From positions 142,600,001 through 142,664,000 of the forward strand of contig OX597815.1 of NCBI GenBank assembly GCA_951406725.2: DNA of 64,000 bases, given 5' to 3'. The stretch is from Octopus vulgaris. Lineage: Eukaryota. The position numbers and the translations under genes were made by a program. Below the pieces are notes generated by a model. That model was given only the letters and a program-made list of their open reading frames with translations. It did not search any database and was not told where the DNA came from. Positions 27,701 through 42,281 of the stretch are shown in pieces; the stretch's first letter is position 1; each line of letters opens with the position of its first letter.

Positions 27701-28669
27701 ATAGATTTATCTAGCTAACTGCTAGCATGCACACACCACACTGTGATTTGTATCACCTGCATCAGTGCACCCGTGTTAGTAGCATGTTAACTAAATTCAC
27801 AAAACGTGGCAACGTGCATGCGGTTGTGTGTGTGCGTGTGCGCGTGTGCACGCGTGTGTGCATGTGTGTAGGGATAAATTATGAATAAATTTACATACCT
27901 AAAAAATGCATGAGCTCGCAGGAAAAAAACAAAAGAAACGCTTCACATCTTTCTCATATCAGTTTCCACAAAATAACGTTAACCTACTTACTCCCTTTGT
28001 AGAATTGAATGGAAGACCAAGCGATATGAAAAGAACTGTTCACAAATCCGTTCTGAGTAGAAAGACTGTTGTTCAACTGCATGTCTATTTACAGAGTAGA
28101 ATGGAAATGATGATTATTAAATGTAGAGATGTAGAGTTATATAGAGATACAAACATATATGAAAATATAGGTAAATGAATATAGTCATGTATGCATGTAT
28201 AAATATATAAGCTCATGTGTCTATATACATGCATGAAAATAAACAAACATGGCGGACAGCGCAATTTACATGTGCAGAGTATCGTTTAAAAAGTGTTTTT
28301 GAACATTCTTCCTTGCAACTATAGCGACCTGAAGAAGTATTAGAACAGTAAATGGTTTATTTGTTTCTTCTTTTACGAGTAAGAGGAGCAATTTTATACA
28401 CATCAGCTAAGCGTTATTCATGCCAAATATACGATACTTATTTTCACACACATGGAATTTGGCTTCTGCGATCAAGGTCAACATTGTAAAAACAATACGA
28501 CTAATATTGCCATCAACACCACTACTATACGTGTAAGATATCTTGGAAACTTGTGTATCCTTTTCATTTCATATTGTCTTTCTAGTTAAGCAAGGATGTT
28601 CTTCGACACCCTGAAAAATAAGCCCAAGAAGATCCCACTATCGCCTACAAAAAGTGGTTAAAAACACAC

Positions 28670-28820
28670 CTTTTCTATTTTCACTTCCTGTGAATTTCTG
28701 TGTTCCTTTCTGCCGAATAGCGTAGGCTCGAAACTTAAAAGAGTTCCTCACTTCCCGAGCGTTAAACTAATATATCTGTTTGTTGTTTACATACCCGTCT
28801 TCGTCTTTTGTTTATTTTGT
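28670..28820 (+). repeat. Decayed hammerhead-bearing Penelope-type terminal unit
   Basis: ctttCTGCCGAatagcgtaggctcGAAACttaaaag..ttcccgagcgttaaactaata; same layout as the 41363 family. Confidence 0.5.
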
Positions 28821-28835
28821 GGTGGAGATACTCAC

Positions 28836-28881
<46 letters not shown>

Positions 28882-28931
28882 CACACACATACACACACAT
28901 ACACACACATATATATATATATATATATATT

Positions 28932-29266
28932 CAGACCCCCTTCGGTCATGACTAACCGTGGGACTGCACCTAGAAATTTACCCTCCCAGGCACAAGTTCG
29001 GGCAAAGTTGTTTATGGAAGACCAACAGTCGCCCATGCATTCCGGCCTCCCTTCTCCCCACCACCAGTGTTATCCAAGGGAAAGGCAAAGGCCGATACAG
29101 CTTGGCACCGTTGACTCTCAACTCATTTCTACAGCTGAGTGAACTGCAGCAACGTGAAATAAGGTGTCTTGCTCGAGAAGACAACACACAACCCGGTCCG
29201 GAATTCGAACTCACAACCACACGATCGTAAGCTCGACACTCTAACCACTGAGGCATGCGCCTTCAC
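28932..29266 (-). mobile_element. tRNA-derived SINE, full length, probable RTE-type tail
   Basis: Head gaaggcgcaTGCCTCAGTGGttagag..GAGTTCGAATTCCgg; CORE-like gagcaagacacctta..cactcagctgtagaaatgagt; 3' gtcatgaccgaagggg next to (TA)n. Confidence 0.8.
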
Positions 29267-29320
29267 ACTCACACACACTCACACTCACACACACACACAC
29301 ACACACACACAACACACACA

Positions 29321-29560
29321 CGAGAGGGGGTACTGGCTTTGAATAAAGGAAAGTAGAGGAGGATCGATTAATTGTGATGTTATTCAAAATATTTCCCTCT
29401 CAGATTCACACACTTATTGCAGAAGTTCTTCATGTTTTTCTAAGCTCTGTAAAAGAACTCAGAATGCTGTGCCTCCAACTAAGCCTTCCCTGATACTCTT
29501 ATAGCCAGTAATTCTTCAGCACTCCTTCGTAGGCATCTAAAAACATTTGATAGTCACAAG
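29321..29560 (-). mobile_element. Tc1/mariner transposase 3' remnant
   Basis: Minus strand EFFYRA*KNMKNFCNKCVNLRGKYFE* resembles the mariner C-terminus (KCV..GEYVE); cgag.ggg TIR-like end at 29321. Confidence 0.65.
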
Positions 29561-30084
29561 TTCAAAACAATCTTGCCAGGTTTCTGTAATCTGCCTTTAA
29601 TCCGAATGAAATAAATAGATACAAATATATCAGTACAAGGAATATTGCTGGAACATTCCCACGAAAGCTTCTTTCAAATGCAGACATATCAGACTTACTA
29701 TTCATATTCGAGATAGAAAAGTTATAGAGATAAGAGATACATTTATAGAGATAATGTTTCTTGAACATCTCTTCCAAAATCAGCGAGGAGGACAAGGGCT
29801 TCGAAATCTGCAAATCCTCTACCCCAATTATAAATTTACATTCATATCAATAATTATTTGTATATATTGGTTACGTTTGTAAATGCCTAAGCTACAATCT
29901 TGAAAAACTAGGTTATCCTAGCAAAGAAATAATCTGTAAGTGGAGCAGTAAAAACATTCGTGATTTTCCTGATGTTCGATAAGTTAAAATTATCGTTGCT
30001 TTTATCCAAATTCCAATTACTGAACTTTTGTTTGGGCTACAGCTAATATTCTACTCGTTAGTTGTTTGACTTTATTAATTCAAA

Positions 30085-30440
30085 CATGCCCCTTGGGGAG
30101 CATGCATCATAGCCATATGTTGAGAGGAATTTTGGGATTTGAATAATTCACCTCTGAAGACATGGGTGTTCCTTTTAACACCCTTGAACAACGCTTACTC
30201 AGGGACCTTTTGTGCAGGAAACGGCTACTCGACCTGCATAAGATTCTAACTTGGACCCACTTACAGGGTCATAAGCTGTATATTTCAATATGATATCACT
30301 ATGTGGCGCACATATCTTTGATACATATGCCTAGCGTACCCTTAACAGACGGGAAGTCATGACGAGTATACTATGCTTCGTATATTTTACCCCAGTGTCA
30401 CTTCGATGGCATGCACTTCTCTCTCGCTCAATAATAAAGA
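30085..30440 (+). mobile_element. 3' UTR fragment of an R4/Dong-type family
   Basis: Reverse-complement similarity to 15060-15255 (cagacggg.agtcatg, cagtgt.act..gatggc.tgcact.ctctc); ends in aataataa. Confidence 0.65.
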
Positions 30441-30449
30441 TAATATAAT

Positions 30450-30830
30450 AACCAGTCAAAACAAACTGGAATAGGAGAAAGGTAAAATTATTTGTGACTT
30501 GCCTATTCAAACGGAGAGAAAGTTAGAAAAAATAGATCGGGCATAGCATAGATTAATTCAAGAGAATTGCTTACTAATCGACCCATCATGCCCTTTTGAT
30601 TCTAGGATACTAAAGAAAGTCTAAGAAAAGTAAAACAAAAATGTAATTCCTTAAAATTTGAAATAGGAATAATTTGCAGCATGAGAACAATACAGGTCAT
30701 GCCCATAATAACTGGCGCGGTGGAAACAGTAAGCAAAGTTATCGACAAATGGCTGAAGAAGATAGGGTTTTTCTAAGGATGTGGTCAGTACTTGTCAGCA
30801 TAATTTGTTGGATTTCTCTGAGATATGGTT
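30450..30830 (+). mobile_element. Decayed REL-endonuclease LINE C-terminal fragment
   Basis: KIICDLPIQTERKLE..LIDPSCPFDSRI..LKFEI..VMPIITGA, matching the PD..D/EXK REL region. Confidence 0.6.
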
Positions 30831-30849
30831 CCTTGCGATATTATCTAGA

Positions 30850-31560
30850 TGTTTCTGACAACCACAATAAGGGGAACAGTTCTCGCTTTAAGATGCCACA
30901 CTTTTTGTATTTCAATTTCCAGGTCCTTATATTTATTTAATTTGTCAAATTCCTTTACAGATATATTTTGTCAATGGGAACACTTACATCTATTAGTGTA
31001 CAAGTATTTTGTTCTGTCTTTAGTGGCAATGTCTGGTCGATTAGTCTGGATTGTTCTGTCGGTGTTGACTGGAAAATCCCAGAGGATAGTGAGATTTTTA
31101 CCTTTAACGATTGGCTCAGGATGATGTTTATACCGGTAAACAGGAGTGCTAATTTTGTAGTGTTTACATATTTTCTAATGTAAATACTGGTACATTTTTC
31201 AGCAGATTTAATTTTATAATGCCGACATATTAACAAGCGTAGATGTTGGCCAACTAAATCATGCCTTGATTTATACTCCATTGGTGAAAAACAGAGATTA
31301 GGTACATCACTGTTTCAATTTTATCGTTGTAGTATAGACACTTTGTGTCTACTCCATTTTTTATCCTATTGGCTTGATCGTTTCGGGTTAATAAGCTCTG
31401 ATCTTCAGCAGTTAATATAAAGACTGCACTCTCTCTCTTTATCCCTCAGCTCCATATATACTGATGAGTGTGCTTCCGGTCTACATCAGCTTGTTTGCTA
31501 CAGGCGATATACTTGCCATGCAGAGGCTTTTGTTCCCATCTATCAGCCAATTGTGAAAAC
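30850..31560 (-). mobile_element. Decayed R4/Dong-type LINE 3' fragment (convergent with the previous one)
   Basis: KPLHGKY, EYKSRHDLVGQHLRLLICRHYKI, LIDVSVPIDK(fs)ISVKEFDKLNKYKDLEIEIQKVWHLK. Confidence 0.75.
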
Positions 31561-31740
31561 GTTTTTTCCTTTGCCATTTTTATTATTATTGTTGTTGTAT
31601 TTGTTGTTGTTGGTTTTGCTGTTTATTGTTATTGTTGTTGTTATTATTATTAATATTATCATTATTATTATTATTATTGCAGTATGACTTGGCTCGATGG
31701 AGAGAGAGAGATAAAGAGCGAGAAAGAGATAGATAAATAA

Positions 31741-31883
<143 letters not shown>

Positions 31884-34613
31884 TGAATATATAGATATAG
31901 ATATATGTATATATGTACATAAGCATAAGCATAAGAGATCTGGTATGTTGAGGCTAGGTTGTAGTAGTGAATAAAGGAACTGAAAATTCGTTAAACATGA
32001 AACGAATTTATATTAAAGAACAATATATATGCACCTGTAATCTAAATGAATTAATTTTCAAATTAATACGTGGAATCGGATGACATGGGTCATAATGTCA
32101 AGGCAATTTAATTTCGTGATATAACTAATAGGTAATGTCCCGTCAATCAATCTCATATATTCAGTGTGCACAGAAAAGTATTTCTCTATCTAACCAGTCA
32201 TTCATCACAATAGAAATCATTTTATTTCAGTTGATAGTGAAATTAACAAAGAAAGAAATAAGCAAAACAGCATAATAAACTGAAAAAATATAAAAATCAA
32301 AGACATTTCTGTTGCGGAATATATCAGTGGCATAATATCAAACATCAAGTTGTGTATCATCATCTTAACTACCAACAGATATGGAAATCATTCCAATTTA
32401 TATGTATAACTCTTTCGGTGCTGAGTGAGCCGCCTCGAATACGCGTAATTATTTCTACTATACACGCGATATGCTTCATTGAGCAAAATGAACAACACAT
32501 TAATGAATATTGTTTCCAATTTCCGATATTCAGCATATTTTGCATTGGCATTAAATATTCCATTGATAAGATAATGGCAAATCGTGAAATGTAATTTATT
32601 CGTATCGTCAGCAAAAATAAATTGTCATGTTTAACAGCGTCTAAGCAATTTTCTGTAATCAATAGCGAAAGATGCGGCATCAGAAAGAAACGGAGAGGAT
32701 ATGTTCGCTACTAAATTGGCCCTGCGCTGGTGGGCGAGATAATAGAGTCACAAGTATTATTGGGAAACATGTTGCTATCGATCAGAATAAATAGAGGATT
32801 TAAGCAGAAATTGATAGTTAGAAATGACAAATGAAATCGTTCAATATCAAGGATATGAAGTGATTTAGAGAGCACGTAAGTTATGCATTTATACACAGGC
32901 ACACACTCGCTTACAACCATGTATACAAATATGCGTGCTAGTGTGTGTGTGTGTGTGCGCGCGCATACTATGGGTTACGCTGCTGATTATCTCATTCACT
33001 CAATTTGAAATATAACGTAAATAGATATATTTTATACCCCAAAATTCCGTTATACTTATATCTTTCGCCGTTCCGGCTCCTCTGACTTTCACAGTGTGTG
33101 TGATAAGCTGACATAGCGGTTAACGTAGTATGTTGTGTACGTTTTCTGTCTTTTAAGGAAATGTTCAAAAATTACGAATTTCTTATAAAAGTTATTCAGT
33201 GCACTATTTCATCGAGTAATGTAGTCAAATTAAGCTAGTGGCCTGTTTGAGCAACTTCATCCCTCCTCCTCTACTTTTTATTTATGCAAATTCTCCCGAA
33301 CTAAGATTGTTTTTAGCTCTTACTAAATATTTTAAAGGCCTTCATGTTTTTGAAACGTTTTAATGTGATCTGCCTCCGAAATCAATATCAGGTATTCCTT
33401 TCTCCGATCACATGAAATCATTCATAATTCTTTCAAATTTTCTTCCCTTTTCTCTGAGTGACTTGGTAAAAGCGACTGCTATGCTATGTCGGTGAATGTT
33501 AATTTTAAACATTTTAGGGATTATCTTGTATGGCTTACTTGAAACTCCTTATGAATTTTTAATTGAAATCCTTGTCACTAATCCCTTGTGTAATTTTCTC
33601 TTAACACCTTAACGTTTTAAAAGCTATTAGGTTGGGGTGTGACTAGAATATAAGTGTGTAAATGGAAAAAAAGAAACTTGATAATTAATGCCTGCTAACA
33701 CACACGCATACCTAAACGCACATATGTAGACACATGGAAAAGAACATTCTAAATTTTCTATAAAAATATCATTTTCTGAGCTTATCTCCACACATAACGT
33801 TCAATTACATTTTATTTTTTTAACTGGTATAAAAGTATAAAAGTTGCTAACAAATTCGCTGAATGATTGAGCTCGAATCAAAATTTGTTGAGGATTATTT
33901 GCTGCTATTTATAGATTTGAAATTGGTCTTTAATCGCTTAAAACGAAAGATATTATTTACCTTGAAAATATTTGAATGTTAGCTACTGATATATACGTAG
34001 GTGGGTATGTGTGAAAAATAATTAAAAGCGACAGAAGCAGTACGAATACACGAATCTTTATCTCCAACTTAACATGGATGTAAATAATGCGTTATTTACC
34101 TTAAGAGAATATATCATATCTATTCTTATTTATATCGTTGACGGAGGGAACCTGTCTGCTACGGCCGCCGGGAGTGTGTGTATATAAATATATGCATGTA
34201 AGGGGTAATAGTCAAACGGAATGCAGAATGATAAAACAACAGTAGAACAATTGGGTCTTTAACTGTAACAATAGCAATTCCCTTCAAGTTTTACGTTGCC
34301 ACTTTTCGCGACGTACAATGATTTATTGATGGTGATTTTTTTCCGTGCACGTATTAGGGAAGATGTTTGTACCCATAACTTCTGACAAGGTCTCGAAAGT
34401 TGTGACAGAGTATAAGGAAGATTTACTCAATCCGGAAGATTGACCTGGTTGCTTTCAAAAGATTGGGTTTCGTTGAAGTCACCCATCGTTTCAGGTTGTG
34501 GTGTTTAATCGACACAAATAGGCAAAGAAAAAAAATTGAAATTAGAATACAAAGACCAAAATATATTCAGATAGAATCTTTTCCGATTTATAGAACTGCC
34601 TTTAATATTATTA

Positions 34614-34830
34614 GGGTGGCGAGATGGAATAATCATTAACATGTCGAACAAAATGCTGAGCAGCATTTCGTCCGTTTACATTTTCTGAAATGAATTCCCT
34701 CCGTGGTCGACTTTGGCTTTCATCCTTTCGGGGTCCATAAAACAAGTACCACTTGAATGCTGGGGTCGAACTAGGGACGATTTTGTTTACTTAAACCCGA
34801 AATTACTGGCCTTGTGCCAAATTTGAAGCC
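34614..34830 (+). mobile_element. Decayed tRNA-derived SINE
   Basis: gggtggcgagatgg..aaatgctgagcagcatttcgtccg..ggtcgactttggctttcatcctttcggggtc..aagtacca. Confidence 0.65.
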
Positions 34831-35049
34831 AATAAGTGTGACAGGATGGTAAGAATCTTAGTGGCATTTCTTCCGGCTTCATATTTTGAATTGAAATTAC
34901 GCTGAAGTTGAATTTCCCTGTGGTCGAAAAAATAGGTACCAGTTGAACAGAGGTTGATGTAATACACAAGCAACGCTACATCAAAATATCATGGAAAGAG
35001 TGGTTATTTTTGTTCCTATATATTCTTTACTTTTCCATTCCCGAGCTAG

Positions 35050-35830
35050 CTATGTCACATCTTATTTCATTCCCGCAGTCTCAAGAGGCAACTATTTCCT
35101 ATGAAGTTTTATCGATGCCTTTCACTCCTATTACTGGTTCTTGGTATTTTTTTACTTCCTCGTTTCTGGTCGTTACAAAATTCTGATCTGAGGATATAGC
35201 TACTTCGGCGAAGATCCATTTTTTGGACACCTTCCCTAGGAGAGTGACATTTAGTCACTTATGTTAGTGTCTTATCTGTGTAGACGAGCAACTTGTTATC
35301 TGCTACTGGCACAGGTGTTGTTAATACCATTTGTTGGCACATTCTAGCCCGTACTTCCTGCACATTTGCTACTGTATTCGCACGGCTACTTTATCATGGA
35401 ATTTTTGCATTCCTTTTGGATCAGTTGTGAACATCCACTAATCGCATATCTAAGATTCTGAAATGGATTTTCGGATAATCTACATAAAGATGAGAATGCT
35501 GTCTCATCAACGCTACACTTGATTTAGTTGGTTTACAAAGTTTGATATTGAGTATCAAGGATCAGTTTCTTTGTCTCCTTCTTTAAAAATCTATGGATTC
35601 TTCATCAGCTTCATCCGATGTTTACTGGAAAAACTCTTCGTGTAGGATTTTCTCTTTCTACTTGATGATCTTTCCATTATTAGTCCTCATTTTGAACTAC
35701 TGGAGGGATTCACCATTGTCACTGATTACCTTCTCATTCAGTGCAGTCTGTAACATTCTCTCATCGCTATTTCTCAAATGGACGTGCAAGGACGTCATCT
35801 CCTTCATAACACAATCTTTTACCTAAACCA
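35050..35830 (-). mobile_element. Highly decayed R4/Dong-type LINE 3' fragment
   Basis: Minus strand KKWIFAEVAISSDQNFVTTRNEEVKKYQE resembles the REL motif (IDIAVP.DQN..EKVEKYQDL); upstream FKEGDKET resembles LKKETE. Confidence 0.5.
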
Positions 35831-36185
35831 TTCCTCCTTCACCTTCCTTCCTAGGTAAGTAAAGCGTATGCCCGAGTGTATAAGGCTACTGTAGACTCAC
35901 AATAACGAAGGAGATCAATATAGGCAAAACAGAACAACAAATTGTTCTTTGAATGTTATATTAGGTATGAGACAGAGAAATGAAATTATATAAAAAAGGG
36001 TATATATATATAACTAAGATTAAAAAGTGTATAGAAAAGATTGGAGAAGAGGAATTACAACGGCAGTGCAAAAGGAACAACAAAGGAGTATGTTTCTTTT
36101 GAACATAACAACGGGTATACCCGCTGAACAATGTTTCAGAAGAAATACCCGTTGAACAAGAGCATCTACAGTGCTTGGGCATGGA

Positions 36186-36292
36186 GAACTTTGCTTTTCA
36201 TTATTTCGGTGTCGGTAATATAAGTACTAGTTAAGCACTGGAGTCGATGTAAACAACTGACCACTTCCCCGAACTTTACTAGCCATGTGCCA
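36186..36292 (+). mobile_element. SINE 3' fragment followed by compound (TTA)/(TAG)/(CAT) microsatellite
   Basis: actttgcttttcat..ttcggtgtcg..taagtactagttaagcactggagtcgatgtaa, shared with 34614/48158. Confidence 0.55.
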
Positions 36293-36295
36293 TTA

Positions 36296-36415
<120 letters not shown>

Positions 36416-36439
36416 TTAATATTATTATTATCATCATTA

Positions 36440-36505
<66 letters not shown>

Positions 36506-36917
36506 CATTATCATCATCATCATCATCATCATCATTATCATCATCATCATCATTATACTCGAAACATATATTTCAGTCAAAGTGGCACAATAAAGAACTT
36601 AAATAACTCATAAACTTTTCGCAGTCTGCAATTCAGGATGTGAAATGTAATTAGCATGTGTAACTCTAACTTGTAAGGTAGGCAAATTTCGCTTCCTTAC
36701 ACGTTATCACCAAATTCTGTTTACTATTTATTACCGGAATTTGAATTTTTATAGCTACGCTTGTACATCATCAGTCACGGTAATGATGGATTTAGGAAAT
36801 TTACAGTTTTAAATAAGTAGCCAGGTATTCACAGGAAAATATGAAAAAATAACTCAAAAATATAATTTTTTAAAAAAAATAAAAATAAAAAAATAATAAT
36901 AATAATAATTATAATAG

Positions 36918-36988
<71 letters not shown>

Positions 36989-37708
36989 GTAATAACAACG
37001 ACAACAACAGCAACATCATCATAAGAAATGAGAAAAAATAATAAAATATTCAATAGATTTGACTTTCTTTAAAATTTACTTTTTTTCCAGGATATGTAAC
37101 AAAAATTGCGAAATGAGATGATTAGTTATTGCCATTGATGAGGTGAAACAAATTAAGAGCAAAATAATTAGGAGTAGGAAGTATTTGAAGCTGACAATGT
37201 GTGAACGTATGTATGCGTGTTTATAGTGAAGCGTATATATATATAAAGAGAGAAGGAGACAGACAGATAGACATAGACAGAGAGAGAGAGATATTAATTC
37301 ATTAGGCAAGCTTAACTGTCATAACTTGTTTTCAGTTATGAATTATATTGTTAGCAAGTGTACTATATATATATAACAGTATGCATATTTGGTGAATATA
37401 TTTTAGTCTGATATTGGGTTGTATTATTATCATTACTATTAAGAGTTTTCACAGACAACAAATTAAATTTCAAATGAAAGCAAGTATGCGAATATTATTT
37501 CCAGTTTATTTTAATATAATTTAAAACAGGATCAATCTTTCCTTTGATATGTGTGTATAGATAGATATACATATATATATATACACATATATAAACACAC
37601 ACGCGCGCGCGTAAATATACATATATATATATAGTGAAAATTTTCAAGAAAATTTCCACAAGAGGAAATTGCGGTGAAAAATATTTAAAGAAGGAAAATG
37701 CACAAATC

Positions 37709-37755
<47 letters not shown>

Positions 37756-38383
37756 TCAATATAAGGGTAGCAAAAAATTCAATAGAAATTTTTTTCGCCA
37801 CCAGCGGTCCAGTGAGAAAGAGAAAATAGTCACAGACTATATATATATATAATTTCAGCAATATTAAGGAATGGCCCTGATAGGCCATTCAACTCACAAA
37901 CTTTAGGGGAGGTAATCAGTGGTAATTTTTATTAGAGGCAGACGGGGTAATTAACCATTTTGGGGAATTGAATTGTTTAGATTAGAAATGTATATATTTA
38001 TGAACTATAATAGTTACATAGCCAAAAATTGCCTATATATTCATATTCAGGAGCAGTTGTTATTGTTCACTAAAGTCGCTATGCGTTGTTTTACAGAAGC
38101 TGGTTTCATTGCATTTGTATAGAGGGTAAATTTTGAAGTTTGGTTGGAGATTCCCCGCCCATGTCTCACATGGGTTTGCTTATTGTGATTTATCCTTATC
38201 TTGAGAAACATATTTGTTCATTATGTGTTGCTGTACTCCCTCTGGGAGACATTCTTGTTTGACCTATTGAGTTGTATATTCATTCTTAACAAGTTATGAC
38301 CTTAATTAAGTTTTCGGCTGCACGAGTAATCTGTCTCAATTTTGAATGTTTTTCTTTGCTTCGAGTGAAATTCAGAACCTTTC

Positions 38384-38422
<39 letters not shown>

Positions 38423-38462
38423 ATACACACATATACACACACACACGCACGTGTGCACGAGA

Positions 38463-38569
<107 letters not shown>

Positions 38570-38981
38570 GCTTTTCATAGCAACTGAAACTGTGAGTTTG
38601 TTTCGTGTCAAATGTTTCATGTCCTCCATTAACAGGCAAACGATATAACAACTTTCAATTGGTGTTATATTTATATCTATATTAAGTGCGGTTGGTTGCG
38701 TATGGTCCTGATTACTTTGTGGGTCATATGTTTTTTCGCTTCTTCATTGTTATTTTAAGTATTTGGTGTTGTAGTATTTGGATTTCTTGCACTTTTAGAT
38801 TGTGAACGTTTTTAATCATTTGTGTATTTGCCTGCATGTCAAGGTTTTCAATAAATAATATTGTGTTCATCGAGCTTTAGTATTCTTTCCTTTAAATTTG
38901 TGTTGTGCTACGGTTATGCGAGTAGTCATAGAAGAACTTCCTCTCCGAGTCATATAGAGCCGGTTTCCTGGTTTCTGAGGC

Positions 38982-39076
<95 letters not shown>

Positions 39077-39104
39077 GGTATAGATACACTCCCACTTGAT
39101 GAAT

Positions 39105-39240
39105 ACTCATTTTTGTCAACTGAGAGGACAGCAGCAATGTGAAATGAAGTGCTTTTCTCAAGAATGCAACCGTCCTAGAATTGAAGCCACAATCTTACGA
39201 TCATAAGGCCAACAGGCTAACCACTGAATCTCCATGTTGG
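39105..39240 (-). mobile_element. Decayed tRNA-derived SINE head
   Basis: Minus strand cagtggttagcctgttggccttatgatcgt..ttcttgagaaaagcacttcatttcacattgct, similar to the 28932-29266 family. Confidence 0.55.
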
Positions 39241-40247
39241 TCAAAGTAAATAAATAATAAATTGTCTCCGGGAGGCGCAATAAGTTTCTTAGCGAATGTT
39301 TATGAAGCAATGTTAACTACGAATTTATGGACATGTTTGTCAATAGACATATTTTCGTGAATAGAGTTTTTATAACCGAATGGTTTTGGTGTAGTGAGTT
39401 TTTGTGGTAATGAATAAACATCTGTTACTTATGTTTATATTCATGTGTGTCTTTGGTACTACTGCAAAGAGATTTTGTTTTAGGTAGGACGAAATATTTT
39501 TCCTGCTTTGATAAATTATCTGTGTTCGCTGAGCGTATAGTATATGCGATGCCTAGTGATGCATTGTTGTTTCTGTTGTTTGGGTTTGTATAACTGTGTG
39601 CATATGCCAACACATTTGCATATTCGTTGGTATATGTCTATGCTTCTTCTTTAAGAAGTTATGCCATGTGTTGCCTGTACGAATATTTCGTTTTGTATGT
39701 TTTGTATATGTGGATTTTTCCCTTTCATAAACACATATTTGTGTTCTATGACCATTGGAAATAGAAAGTAACATCTCATATTTGTATAACAGCATACCAC
39801 CGTCGGATGACCACCATCTACCATTCACACGTTCACCCAAACTTTTTTTTCCTCGAATAAATATCCGTACAAAAAACAAGATCCTAATTACCGCCCGTAC
39901 ACACAGACACACACACACACATACACACACATACACTCACATTATAACACACTCATACAATCATTAACTCAGCTTCCTTTTCCTAAGAAATGAGAAACCG
40001 AATTCCGAAAACAAAACAATCTTCATGGGTGAAAGTGCTATTTAATAGGGTTATACTAATCTCAGTAGATATTACATTATTTTCTTTAACAAATAATCCA
40101 TAATGATCACCCGAAGATACATCAAATTCATGAACAACCGATCTCATAAATGACATTTATTATTTATTTGAAAACTTAACACTCACACTCACACCACGAA
40201 AAAAAGCTCGATCACCGACTCACCAAGATAACCTAAATAAGTTAATA

Positions 40248-40762
<515 letters not shown>

Positions 40763-41020
40763 AGATAATACCACACACTTTCACCTAAATTTGGGAGTAA
40801 TTCAAACACCATGTTAGGTAAAATTACATAAAGAAACAAAGAAAAGGCCAGAAGAACATCCCATGAAAGAAACGAAATCCTACCCAATGAACAAACAAAA
40901 GTATCATCTCACAAACACCAACGAAAGAATATAAATACATCACCAATAAGAAGTTGTAGCAGTCCTCACCAGAAGATTGCAGTGTCGTCTAACTCAAGTT
41001 GCAGCAAACCGTATACATAC

Positions 41021-41055
<35 letters not shown>

Positions 41056-41291
41056 TATATATATTGTGAAGCATGACTGTCAACACTACTACATGAACCC
41101 GAAGATTGCAGAATTCAATGCATGAAAGTACTAGTTCAATCAGAATGAATATTTAACATTCTACTATTTCATTTTATTTTATTCAATTATAATATATTAT
41201 CTTATAATATATCATTATAAGATTGTAAATAAAACGTGAAAATCAGACAAGGTTGGAATTCTTTTTATTAATATATTCTTCTATACACAAT

Positions 41292-41362
<71 letters not shown>

Positions 41363-41367
<5 letters not shown>

Positions 41368-41572
41368 ATCTCTTGAGCACCACCAGCAAAAATATTTTTT
41401 TCCTCTGTCTTCCCTTCTCGGTATCTTTCCTTCTCCTTGTTTCCGACGAAGAGCTCTGCTCGAAACGTTAAACCCTCCTTCCCTTCTTTCCTGAGCGTCA
41501 AATAATACTTTAATTGTTCCACGTCCTCGCGTTGCTGTGTTTTTTTCTGTGTTTTCTTGTTTGGATTAACTA
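41363..41572 (+). mobile_element. ~210-bp hammerhead-like Penelope-type unit in (TA)n, copy 1
   Basis: gttt-CCGACGA-a-gagc tct gctc-GAAAC-GT-T-aaac at 41439-41473; near-identical to 43425 and 55042. Confidence 0.75.
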
Positions 41573-41586
41573 TATATATATATATA

Positions 41587-41709
41587 TAGTGACCTGCTCG
41601 CTTAGCCAGCGGGGTGGCGTCATTCGAAGGCTAAAACTATGCGAACGCATTGTGACCAGCGATGTGTAACTACATCTGATGGACTGGTCGGTCACGTGAT
41701 GGTGATGAT

Positions 41710-41712
<3 letters not shown>
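41587..41712 (+). repeat. Short GC-rich structured insert in (TA)n, probably a retroelement 3' end
   Basis: gtgacc...ggtcac and gatgt..acatc stems; gtgatg-type tail; (TA)n on both sides. Confidence 0.4.
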
Positions 41713-41776
<64 letters not shown>

Positions 41777-41783
<7 letters not shown>

Positions 41784-42281
41784 CAATAAGAGGCTTCCAA
41801 ATAGGAAAGGATTGTGCTAGAAAGAGCAGTAGAAATCTCAAAAACCACAACAGAAGGATAAATTCTCGAAAGGAATGAAAATTAAAAACGTTTACCATCT
41901 CAACTATTTCTCAGACCATGGTTTCTAACAATTTACAGCAAAAAAAATATTCGCTGAAGGCCAGTTTTCATCAGTGCGATAGCCTTTAGATTTCAGACAT
42001 ACAGACAGCCAGATCCACAGGTAGAACTAACGGTTTGTATATCCTAACTTTTCAAACCACTGCGCAGACGCAGATTATACCCGGCGACAGAGAGGATGCC
42101 GGTAAAAATTTCGAACAAATTTATCAAACAATATTTAAACATAATAACTAGGGTAATAATAAATTATTATTACCTGTGGCCTAGCACAAAAAACGAATTA
42201 GTCATTAGACTATATATCATTCATATAGAAATACAATAAGAGGCTTCCAAATAGGAAAGCGTTGTGCTAGAAAGAGCAGTA
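41777..42281 (-). mobile_element. Unit bounded by ~55-bp direct repeats
   Basis: agaaatacaataagaggcttccaaataggaaag..ttgtgctagaaagagcagta at 41777-41831 and 42227-42281. Confidence 0.6.
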
